Source of the DNA: an uncultured Prevotella sp.
GTDB taxonomy: Bacteria > Bacteroidota > Bacteroidia > Bacteroidales > Bacteroidaceae
Assembly (NCBI GenBank): GCA_946409435.1
Contig: CAMJWJ010000001.1
Coordinates: 9,257 to 73,256, forward strand
Length of the DNA stretch: 64,000 bases
Reading direction: 5' to 3'
The notes beneath the pieces are model-generated. The model made no database searches, was not told the DNA's origin, and saw only the letters and a program-made list of their open reading frames with translations. Made by a program: the position numbers and the translations under genes. The number at the start of each line of letters is the position of its first letter. Position 1 is the first letter of the stretch. Shown here one piece after another: positions 1-8,415 of the stretch.

Positions 1-3000
1 TCGTGCCGCCCCAGTCGCCTGTGCCTTTGATGGTGGCCTGATATTGCTCTCCAACAACATAGTCGTAGGCGCCAATGTTGGGTTCGAGTTCAATGGTATA
101 GTCCGTGTCGAGCGTCAACTTCGTATTGCCATTCCACACCTCCACGTTGTTGCTGAGTGGATAATAGGGTCCGTAGCCGTTGTCGTAGGCCTCCAGCGTC
201 CCCTTAATCTCGCAGTTGGCGATGTTGAACGGCGTGATGCGGAACTCCTTCGTGTTTGTCCCTACATAGCCGCCCATGCCGGTGACGGTGACGGTGGCGG
301 TGACCATCTGCGTGGCGCTGCCCGTATTATTGGTTATGGCGAGGGTATAGTCAGTGCCCTCGGTCAGCACGGTCTCGCCGTCCTTCACCATGACGGTGGG
401 CGTGACGGTGGGCTGACTGGCATCGTAGAGATAGGCCACATCGTCCCACGATTCAAAATTGTCCAGACAGATGGTGGTGTAGGCCATCTTCTTGACGCTG
501 GTCGAAGTGATATACACCTCCTGGTCGGGCATGACGAAGGTGTTGGTCTCAGTGTCGAGCGTGATGTCAGTGCCGTCCTCGCCCGTCACGTAGATGGTGT
601 ACTCGCTGGTGCCGTCGATGACTTCCACCTTCACCGTCTCGCCGGCGTAGGCCCAATAGACCTGGTTGCTGTTGCCGACATTGTAGCAGCGGAATATGGT
701 GTTGTCGTAGTTGTAGCGGTGCTGCAATCGCCACTGCGCGTAGAGCGTCACGACGCCGCCGTCCTCAGCGGTCAGGTTCTGCACCAGAGCCTCGTCCTCG
801 TAGTTGGTGCCGCTGCCGTCGGCCTTGGTGTTCCAGCGCAGCCACTGGCCAGTAGTGGTCGAGAAGGCGTTCTTGGTCAGCGCCGTTGCCTCTTGGTCAT
901 AGGTGAAGGTCTGGTCGGCCATCTCGCCGTGAACGGGAATGCCCGCCACAAAGTGTACGGTGTAGGTGTTGGCCGTCCACTGGGCGTAGAGTATCACTGC
1001 GGCCCCGTTTTCGGCAGTCAGGTTCTGAACAGCCTGTCCATCGGTGTAGGCCGTGCCGGTGCCGTCCGCTGCCGTGTTCCAGCCGTTGAAGGTGTAGCCC
1101 GTGCGGGTGTAGGCGTTGGCGGTCAGTTCCTTGGGTTCATCGTAGGTGAAGGACTGAGCGCTCATTTCGCCGCCTGTCGCGCCATTGCCGTTGAACTGCA
1201 CAGAATAGGTGTGAGTCGTCCAGTTGGCGGTATAGGCGCGGTCGCCAGTGGTACCAGAGGGGATGGTCACGGTCTGGGTGATTCCATCAAGGTCGGTTCC
1301 CGTCCATCCACCGAAGGTATAGCCCGTCTTTATCGGGTTGTTCAGGGTGATTGCTTCGCTCTCGACGGTATAGCTCACCGGGTTGGAGACCGCAAAGGTC
1401 GCGCCCTCCACGTTGTTGTAAGTGATGGTATACGTAATGGGCTGGAAGCTAGCTGTCACCGTCACGTTGCTGGCGGGCATGGTGAAGGTGAAGTGCGTGT
1501 CGTCCGCCTTTGTCGCATCGGTGTTGTTGTATTTCACGCTGGCGACTTTATAGCCCGTATCGGGGGCTACTGTCACCCTGACAGTGTTTCCGCTCTCAGC
1601 CACCGCCGGGGCCGTCGCCGCCCCGTGGACCGCCGCGTCCACGGTGATGAAATGAGCGTTTGGCGAGGGCTGCAATTCCACGTTCTTGATGGCGTTCTTC
1701 TGCGCGTCAGTCAGTGAGCCATAATAATAATTGCCGCTTGCGTCCTTAAAGAACTTGCCGTCCGCAATGGTCACGCTGCCGCCGTACTCGGCCTTGACCC
1801 TGTCTGTCGCTGCATTGCTCCAATTCAGGGTGGTATTGCCGCTGATCTTCTTGGTGTTCAGAATTCCGCCATTGTAAGTGACGCTGCCGTTCACACAGGT
1901 ATTGAATCCCGCTGTCAGATGAACTTCACCGCCATTGACGTTCAGATTACCGTTAATTGCGCAATTATAATTGCTCACGCCGCAATAGAGCTTTCCTCCG
2001 TTCACGGTAACGCTTGTAACTTGGTCGCTAATGCTTAAACAACTCAGCGTACCCGTGCCATTCTCCTGTCCCCAGATAACGAGGTTGGGTTTGCCGCCAC
2101 CTGCTGTATTGATGGTCGAGTTGGGCAGGCTAAGTGTTGCTCCGTCGCAAAGGATGATGTTGATGACTACGCCATCACCGCCGGAGACCAGATTGAATCC
2201 GCTGTTGCGGGTCACATTCCCGCCCACGGCATACCAGCCGGAATACAAGCCAACTTTGCTGTCGCTTGTAATCCTTTCGGCTTCTACCGTCTGCGTGACG
2301 CCGTTCAAATCGACGTAAGTGAACGTCTCTTTTACAAAGGCCGCCGTCACGGTTATGTCCTCAGTGGGCATGTTGAAGGTGTAGCTGTTGTTGGACACGC
2401 TGCCGGTCACATCGGTTCCGTTCACGGTCAGGGCACTCAATATGTAGCCTTTTTCGGGGGTGATGGTCAAGGTGACAGAAGAACCTGACGTAATGTAGCT
2501 CGCGCCGTCGTAGGTGAACTTCGTCCCATCACTGGCGGCGGTCACACGATCGGAGTTGGTGGAGAGCTTGTAGAAGCGCCATCCGGTCGTATTTTCGCTG
2601 TTCCCGACGCCGCGAAGCCCGTCGTTGGGATCGCTGCTGTAGAAATAGCAGCCGGTGTAGCTGTTGCCAAATGCGGAAGACCCATCTCCGGTAATGGCGC
2701 CCTTAAAGTTGTTAGTGCTATAGGAGGTTAAAGTGGGATTGATGACATAGCAGTTGCTGAATTTCCCATCATGCTGCGCATACCCGACCAGCGCGCCGGC
2801 GTTTCCGTTTTTTCCGATCGTGCTGGCGGCAATCACGGGATCGATGAGAACAACGTTCTTCACCGTGCCGTAGTACACACAAAGAAACATTCCGGCGTTG
2901 CCATACTCGGTGCTGACAGAAAGCCCCGTGATGACGTGGCCGCCGCCGTCATAGGTGCCCTGGAACTTCTTCCCGTCGCTATACTCGCTGATCGGTGTGA

Positions 3001-4006
3001 AACTGCCGCTGAGGGCGATGTCGGCGGTTTGCATGAAGGTCTTACCCTCGCAGGTGTGGCTCTTAGAGTAAGCCGAAAGGGCGTTGAGCGCGGCGGCGCT
3101 GTTGATGACGAACCAGCCATTGGTTTCATCATAGGTCAGGCCGTCGATTTCGTTCCTCCACTTGGCGTAGAAGGTTCTGTCGCCCGATGAGTCATAGGGG
3201 ATGCCCGTAACCGCTGTACCATTAAATTCAGCGTTGTCGTACCATCCCTCGAAGATGTAGCCCGTGCGCATGGGATCGGAGAGGGTCACGGTCTCGTCGT
3301 CCCTGTAGGTGTTGGGGTTGGAAGCCGCGTTGGTGCCGCCGTTCAGCATATAGGTGATGCTGTAGGTGACAGGTGCTACGTATGAATAGCTCCTGCTGTT
3401 AAACGTCACGTTTGCAGCATAAGGTTCGCTTGATGAAGTCACAGTAGCGTTGACCGTCGCTGTGAGGCTTGTGTTTTCAGCGCACATGAATGTTGCCGTG
3501 CAGGTAGAATGATCGCTCGACCAGTTCCACTTCGGCTTGAGTGCCGCCACACAGGTAACGGTGCATACCTTTTTTCTGCTGCTATTGCTGGCACCTGTCG
3601 CAAGCTTGTCGAAACTTGTATAGCCCGAAGAGCTTTGTCCCGGCGTGAGGCCTGTTATGCTTGATGTTGGCCACTCGGTTGATGAAGTCTCATCCACACG
3701 TAAAAACGTCGTGCTGCCCGAATTATCATTTCTGTATGCTACCAGTCTACCGTCGGAATCACTTTCCAGTCGCACGGATGATGTTTCAGATGTGTTAATC
3801 CCCGACCAGTCCACTCTGTAGAAATGGTCGCTGAAGGCGAAATAGCCCGAGGCCGTGCCCGACGACGATACCGTCAGGAAGCCGGTGAGGTCAGTCGCCG
3901 CCGCCGTCTGTGCGGTGGTGGCGGTCAGCAGCGTGGCGAGCAGCAGGATGACTGCCGTCCGCGAGGTGCTGAGAATGTTAATGGTTTTGTTCATGTTCAT
4001 GTTCAT
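1..4006 (-). CDS. Large secreted/surface protein with InlB B-repeat (Listeria-Bacteroides repeat) domains; partial, continues beyond position 1 (>1335 aa)
   Basis: Manual translation from ATG at 4006 gives MNMNMNKTINILSTSRTAVILLLATLLTATTAQTAAA (signal peptide). The same frame was spot-checked at 3601, 3241, 1741 and 2-43. Repeats include DPMRTGYIFEGWY..TFYAKW, TRTGYTFNGWNTAADGTG..LYAQW and YTFNMPTEDITVTAAF, plus a KFQGTYDGGGHVITGL motif. It is absent from the ORF track because no stop falls inside the window. Confidence 0.9.
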   Translation of the reverse strand, partial: MNMNMNKTINILSTSRTAVILLLATLLTATTAQTAAATDLTGFLTVSSSGTASGYFAFSDHFYRVDWSGINTSETSSVRLESDSDGRLVAYRNDNSGSTTFLRVDETSSTEWPTSSITGLTPGQSSSGYTSFDKLATGASNSSRKKVCTVTCVAALKPKWNWSSDHSTCTATFMCAENTSLTATVNATVTSSSEPYAANVTFNSRSYSYVAPVTYSITYMLNGGTNAASNPNTYRDDETVTLSDPMRTGYIFEGWYDNAEFNGTAVTGIPYDSSGDRTFYAKWRNEIDGLTYDETNGWFVINSAAALNALSAYSKSHTCEGKTFMQTADIALSGSFTPISEYSDGKKFQGTYDGGGHVITGLSVSTEYGNAGMFLCVYYGTVKNVVLIDPVIAASTIGKNGNAGALVGYAQHDGKFSNCYVINPTLTSYSTNNFKGAITGDGSSAFGNSYTGCYFYSSDPNDGLRGVGNSENTTGWRFYKLSTNSDRVTAASDGTKFTYDGASYITSGSSVTLTITPEKGYILSALTVNGTDVTGSVSNNSYTFNMPTEDITVTAAFVKETFTYVDLNGVTQTVEAERITSDSKVGLYSGWYAVGGNVTRNSGFNLVSGGDGVVINIILCDGATLSLPNSTINTAGGGKPNLVIWGQENGTGTLSCLSISDQVTSVTVNGGKLYCGVSNYNCAINGNLNVNGGEVHLTAGFNTCVNGSVTYNGGILNTKKISGNTTLNWSNAATDRVKAEYGGSVTIADGKFFKDASGNYYYGSLTDAQKNAIKNVELQPSPNAHFITVDAAVHGAATAPAVAESGNTVRVTVAPDTGYKVASVKYNNTDATKADDTHFTFTMPASNVTVTASFQPITYTITYNNVEGATFAVSNPVSYTVESEAITLNNPIKTGYTFGGWTGTDLDGITQTVTIPSGTTGDRAYTANWTTHTYSVQFNGNGATGGEMSAQSFTYDEPKELTANAYTRTGYTFNGWNTAADGTGTAYTDGQAVQNLTAENGAAVILYAQWTANTYTVHFVAGIPVHGEMADQTFTYDQEATALTKNAFSTTTGQWLRWNTKADGSGTNYEDEALVQNLTAEDGGVVTLYAQWRLQHRYNYDNTIFRCYNVGNSNQVYWAYAGETVKVEVIDGTSEYTIYVTGEDGTDITLDTETNTFVMPDQEVYITSTSVKKMAYTTICLDNFESWDDVAYLYDASQPTVTPTVMVKDGETVLTEGTDYTLAITNNTGSATQMVTATVTVTGMGGYVGTNTKEFRITPFNIANCEIKGTLEAYDNGYGPYYPLSNNVEVWNGNTKLTLDTDYTIELEPNIGAYDYVVGEQYQATIKGTGDWGGT

Positions 4007-4047
4007 TTTTGTTTTATTAATTGTTTATACCTTATTCAATATATTGG

Positions 4048-4256
4048 ACTGACACACCATAAACGGAGGCCGCCGAGCACATCTTTCGGGATGTCTGGGC
4101 GGATATTATCTTGAGGGAGGGGGGAAGTCGGGAGGAGGGGCTAAGATTCTTGCGGCTCTATGGATATATCATATTTTCCCCCGGATAAATATCCGTTGTG
4201 GTGTGTCAGTAAGTCAAAGAACGATATGGTGCCCTTCGGGCGTAACCCAAAGAGCG
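4048..4256 (-). ncRNA. Putative structured 5' leader of the surface-protein mRNA
   Basis: Inverted repeat ACTGACACACCA (4048-4059) / TGGTGTGTCAGT (4199-4210), extended by AACGGA/TCCGTT. Internal hairpin at about 4070-4102, a C-rich tract on the minus strand, hairpin 4228-4247 and boxA-like motifs. Confidence 0.45.
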
Positions 4257-4260
4257 CATA

Positions 4261-4383
4261 TTAATATTTACGAAACAGCCGCACCAGCTGCACGATAAAA
4301 ATGACGGTCACGACGAGGAAGCCGAGGACGATGGGAACGGAAACCCACAGGGGAGACTCTGAAATGAAGCTCGAAAGTGTCAT
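4261..4383 (-). CDS. Small single-transmembrane peptide (40 aa), candidate leader peptide/uORF
   Basis: ATG..TAA reads MTLSSFISESPLWVSVPIVLGFLVVTVIFIVQLVRLFRKY: a hydrophobic helix with a basic C-tail. It starts about 25 nt downstream of a TATCTTTG -7 element. Confidence 0.55.
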   Translation of the reverse strand: MTLSSFISESPLWVSVPIVLGFLVVTVIFIVQLVRLFRKY

Positions 4384-4407
4384 ACGCAGTTTGATAGAAT
4401 TTGGGTG

Positions 4408-4506
4408 CAAAGATACGAAAAAGATATGACGTGAGGTGTATAAATTCTCGCAATGGTGTATAAAATTGACGAGTTAGGTGTATAAATTCGTCGAATTTAT
4501 ACACCT
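4408..4506 (-). promoter_or_regulatory. -7 promoter element plus an array of probable AraC-binding sites
   Basis: TATCTTTG on the minus strand at 4408-4415. GGTGTATAAA direct repeats at 4435, 4455 and 4477. Perfect 15-1-15 palindrome AGGTGTATAAATTCG-T-CGAATTTATACACCT at 4476-4506. Lies next to the divergent araC gene. Confidence 0.65.
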
Positions 4507-4561
4507 TTAGCCCCTTTCTGTCTTGTTTTTTCGCTTACTTATTTGTACCTTTGCTGCCGAT

Positions 4562-5734
4562 ATGGAGAAACTGACTTTAGGAGCAATGCAATTTACGGCG
4601 GTGGTGTTGATGACGCTGCTTACGTTCAAGCTGCTGGTGCCTCACAAGAGGAGCCAGGAAACGGCTGTGGCGACGACGGCCCGCTGGCTGATGGCTGCGG
4701 CCACGGCGACGCTGGCCGTACACTTCCTGCTGCAGCTGACGCTTGACCTCAGGGCGCTGGGCGTCACGCAGTCGGTGATGCTCAACCTGACCATGCTCAT
4801 ACCGGCCTCCTACCTCTTCGCCCGCGCCGTGTTGCTGCTGCAACAGCATGGGCGGCTGAGCTGGTGGAACCGCTGGGCGGGGCCGCTTACGTGGGGCGTG
4901 GCGATGTTGCTGCTGTGGTTAGCTGTCTTGACCGACGGACAGCCGCTGCTGGGCGACTCGTCGCAGCGACAGTGGGCCGAGGTGGCGGGTGCACTGTGCT
5001 ACATGGCGATGCAGACCTACTACTTCTGGCGCCACACCACGGCACTACGGGCCATGCACCGCACGCTGAACGACTACTACGACAGAAACACCAGCGGTAT
5101 GCTGCGATGGATGCAGCTGAGCATCGTGGGACTGATGCTGCTGGCGCTGCTGGTGCCCTTCATCATTTTCACCACAGCCGACTGGCTGCTGTTCGTGATT
5201 GCCATCATCATCTACTTCTTCATCTTCTATCTGGTTGACAGTTTCTGCTACTACCTGACGAGTAACGCCCCGGCAAAGACACAGGAGGCCGAGGAGAGCA
5301 GGGCGAAGGATGAGCAAGCGGAAACCATGCAGGAGACGACGGGGCAGGCGGCGATGGCCGTGGAGGAGCAGACAACCAGAGCCGTGGAGCAGTGGACGGC
5401 CAAGGGCGGACACCGCAAGGCGGGCATCACCAGTCCCGTGGCAGCGGCAGAGATGGACATCCCGCGCTACCAGCTGACGGTATGGCTGAAAGCCAACGGC
5501 TACGAGTCGTTCAGCCGCTGGATGACGGCGTTGCGCATCGACGAGGCCAAGCGCGTGCTAATGGCTCACCCCGACTGGAGCACCGAGGCTGTGGCCGACT
5601 ATTGCGGATTCAATAGCCGGGGATATTTCCACCGTATCTTTAAGGAACAACTTGGCATGACGCCTGCCCAGTATCAGCGGCAGGAGTCTGCTACTCCTGA
5701 AACAGCCAGTCAACCTCGCCCGACGGACCGTTGA
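4562..5734 (+). CDS. Membrane-anchored AraC-family transcriptional regulator
   Basis: Several N-terminal hydrophobic helices and a C-terminal HTH (LRIDEAKRVL..VADYCGFNSRGYFHRIFKEQLGMTPAQY). ATG 4562 follows TACCTTTG at 4546-4553. Confidence 0.9.
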   Translation: MEKLTLGAMQFTAVVLMTLLTFKLLVPHKRSQETAVATTARWLMAAATATLAVHFLLQLTLDLRALGVTQSVMLNLTMLIPASYLFARAVLLLQQHGRLSWWNRWAGPLTWGVAMLLLWLAVLTDGQPLLGDSSQRQWAEVAGALCYMAMQTYYFWRHTTALRAMHRTLNDYYDRNTSGMLRWMQLSIVGLMLLALLVPFIIFTTADWLLFVIAIIIYFFIFYLVDSFCYYLTSNAPAKTQEAEESRAKDEQAETMQETTGQAAMAVEEQTTRAVEQWTAKGGHRKAGITSPVAAAEMDIPRYQLTVWLKANGYESFSRWMTALRIDEAKRVLMAHPDWSTEAVADYCGFNSRGYFHRIFKEQLGMTPAQYQRQESATPETASQPRPTDR

Positions 5735-8387
5735 GTCCGCAGTCGCGTGGCGTGATGGTGCTGGTGGTGAAGCCAGCCACCATGAGGATGCCCTTGGGCA
5801 GGCGCAGCGTGTGGCGACCGGCAGGCAGGGTGTACTGGTGGATGTTGACCTTTGGCATCTGGACGATACTGATGGCGTTGGTCAGCAGAGGCTCGGCCTG
5901 GCCGTACTCGTTGCCGGTGGCGTCAGTCTCGAGCTTTGGAGCCTTTGCCCATTTGGGGTCATCGTCCTTGAAGAGTCCTACAAGCAGCTTGACGGGCGAG
6001 TCAGCCTCGTACTCGATGGTGGTACCAACGATGCGGGTGGTGTCGCGGTTGAGGACGAGGGCCTGTAGCCCGGCGAGCTCCGGGGCAATGGAGTCAACGG
6101 GAGTGTCGGGGCGGTTCTCGAAGAGGATGGCGCCTTTATTGAGCGTGAGGGTGGTGAGGGGGTGTTGTTGCTGTGATACAGCAACATACTTGACGGGGGC
6201 GGGGAGGGCGGGAGTTATCTTGATGTCGTTATGGATTATGGGGGCTTTCAGCTTTTCTATGTTGGCACGTAGGGCATCTAGCTCATCCTGATAGACTGTT
6301 GCCAGTTCGCTCCATGTCTTCATCTTGCCGTTGTCACCGCCTACTGGGATACGTCGCTGGGCCGTCTGCATAGAGTTGGCGTAAAGGTAGGTCAAGTCTG
6401 TGATTCGGGCTAATTGCTTCCATGTCGTCACGCTCATTTGCAGTAAGGGCAGGGCACGGTCGAGCCAGTAGATGTCCTTTGTCCATTTGTAGTTCAATAC
6501 CTGTTGGGCTGCTAATACCTTATAGTAAAAGGCATGGGCAAACAGCCTGTAGCACTCGATGTCCGACATCAGCCGTTTGAACTCCTCCTGATGTCGTGTG
6601 GGCATCGTAACGACACCCTTGATGGCAGCGCTGGCCAGCTCGCCATGTGTGACACACTGCATGACGATGTCCAGCGGTAGCTCGCCGACGTGTTGCTCGC
6701 CCTTGTGCTCTTTCTCAACGTACTCGATGAGTTTCTCGCCCTCTGGTCCACAGCTCTCGTAGAAGCCTGGATAGATGGTGTACTTATAGGGATTCACCAG
6801 TTCGCCCATGGTCATGCCGAGGAGCAGCGTCTGGCGGTTGCCCTCGGTGATGCCGAAGCGTCGGAGCAGTTTGGGAGCTATCTCGCCAGCCTCGTCGTAG
6901 GCATTTACTAAGTGGCTGGCACTGACGGAGTCGATGCCGTAGTAGTCAGCCAGTATCTTGGACCAGTAGCCGTGTTCGGCTTTAAGCGAACTGACACTGC
7001 TCTCGGTGTCAGGGGCGTAGCGGTCGCTGTTCCAGGCATAGCGGCCCCAGGCTTGGTACCACATCCAGTCGCGTTCGATTTGGAGCAGGCGTTGACCGTC
7101 TGGCAGACGGTCGGCCGTGTAGGGCCAGTCCCAGTAGGAAGCCTGCGGATAAAGGTGGAGACCAGTAGAGTGGTGGACGCGGTGCATGGCCTGAACGGTC
7201 TTCTGGATGAAGGCTGGCGAGGCCCATCGCCAAGGCTCGAGGTTAGCCAGTATGTGTACGTTGTCGATGTGTACGGGTGCTGCGGCAGCCAGTTGTCGGT
7301 GTGTCTCTCCCCATGGTCCTCCCGGCTGGTAGGTTGTCAGCGATTCGCCCGTGTATTTGTTCATGGTGTAGATGTTCGGATAGAGTGGCAGACTGGCTTT
7401 CAGCACGGCTGGTCCGTCGGTGTCGTGGTTGCGGAGGATGATAGGTGGCGTGTCTGTCCGTCCGCTGGCCTTCAGCCCGTCGCGGATGCCCGGGATGATG
7501 GTTTCCGTCATCCAGCGTATGTCGGTGTCGAGGCCAGACATCGCCTCACCGAGACATACGAGGAATCCCACCTTGGGATATTGCTCGACGAAGGCTGCAA
7601 TAGACTTTCTCGTGTAGTCAGCAATCAGTGGTGTAATAGGACGGTTACGGTCCTGCGTCTTCAGTCCGTAGTGGTCAGCGAAGGGCTTGCTCACGATGAT
7701 GTTGTAGAACATCTGGATGATGCGTATGCCACGTCGGTCGGCCTCGGTGACGAGAAACGCAAACATCTCCTGGTTGCGAGCCATCGTCTTGTCGTCCACC
7801 TCTGGAGCGAAGGGGTAGTCGGCCAGTTTGACAAGCGACGCAAAGGGATGTCCGTTCCAGAGGTAAACGGTGTTCATCTTGCTCTCTACCAGCATGTCGA
7901 GATACCTCAGCCACAGCTCTTTGTCATAGAACCACGGGAAGTTTTCTGGTGTGTAGGGGTACTCATAGACGCGGTGCCCCGGCAGGTACTCCGTCTTCTG
8001 TAGTCCCACGCATGCACCGCGCATCACCATCTGTGGAGCCTCCTTAACGGTTCCGACATCCAGCGTGCCTGTTGTCTTGATACGGTCGGCCAGTTCCACA
8101 CAACCATAGATGACGCCGGCAGCATCGTTGCCCGTTACTTTGATGGACCGTTTGTCCTGCACGATGGTGTAGCCTTCTGATGCACCTTGCTGGGCATTGC
8201 GGAGCACTATCTTGGTGCCTTGTTTCGGCATCACGTCGTAGCCGGCCTCCGTCAGTTTCTTGGTCAGGAAAGTGGCGGCATACCGTTCCTGTTCGGTGGC
8301 TCCTTTTGACACGTCGATGCACACCTGCTGAGCCATGGCCACGAGTGTCACGACCAGCCCCAGTGCCGTCATCATCATTTTCTTCAT
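5691..8387 (-). CDS. GH138-type alpha-galacturonidase (BT0997-like, RG-II)
   Basis: Signal peptide. The segment RGACVGLQKTEYLPGHRVYEYPYTPENFPWFYDK..YLWNGHPFASLVKL was recognised from memory as GH138. Confidence 0.75.
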   Translation of the reverse strand: MKKMMMTALGLVVTLVAMAQQVCIDVSKGATEQERYAATFLTKKLTEAGYDVMPKQGTKIVLRNAQQGASEGYTIVQDKRSIKVTGNDAAGVIYGCVELADRIKTTGTLDVGTVKEAPQMVMRGACVGLQKTEYLPGHRVYEYPYTPENFPWFYDKELWLRYLDMLVESKMNTVYLWNGHPFASLVKLADYPFAPEVDDKTMARNQEMFAFLVTEADRRGIRIIQMFYNIIVSKPFADHYGLKTQDRNRPITPLIADYTRKSIAAFVEQYPKVGFLVCLGEAMSGLDTDIRWMTETIIPGIRDGLKASGRTDTPPIILRNHDTDGPAVLKASLPLYPNIYTMNKYTGESLTTYQPGGPWGETHRQLAAAAPVHIDNVHILANLEPWRWASPAFIQKTVQAMHRVHHSTGLHLYPQASYWDWPYTADRLPDGQRLLQIERDWMWYQAWGRYAWNSDRYAPDTESSVSSLKAEHGYWSKILADYYGIDSVSASHLVNAYDEAGEIAPKLLRRFGITEGNRQTLLLGMTMGELVNPYKYTIYPGFYESCGPEGEKLIEYVEKEHKGEQHVGELPLDIVMQCVTHGELASAAIKGVVTMPTRHQEEFKRLMSDIECYRLFAHAFYYKVLAAQQVLNYKWTKDIYWLDRALPLLQMSVTTWKQLARITDLTYLYANSMQTAQRRIPVGGDNGKMKTWSELATVYQDELDALRANIEKLKAPIIHNDIKITPALPAPVKYVAVSQQQHPLTTLTLNKGAILFENRPDTPVDSIAPELAGLQALVLNRDTTRIVGTTIEYEADSPVKLLVGLFKDDDPKWAKAPKLETDATGNEYGQAEPLLTNAISIVQMPKVNIHQYTLPAGRHTLRLPKGILMVAGFTTSTITPRDCGLNGPSGEVDWLFQE

Positions 8388-8415
8388 ACCTTATATATTA
8401 TAAAGTGCTACAATG

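Noticed and set aside
44-1717. 557-aa plus-strand ORF (also 2031-2318 and 2771-3190)
   Set aside because: Antisense shadow of the minus-strand surface protein; V/G/H/R-rich composition and no motifs.
4048-4210. Invertible promoter (phase-variation switch)
   Set aside because: No TAnnTTTG promoter inside the repeat on either strand and no recombinase in the window; kept only as an alternative hypothesis.
4268-4504. 78-aa minus-strand ORF with repeated EFIHLT
   Set aside because: It translates the operator repeats and promoter; the 40-aa ORF in another frame is better placed.
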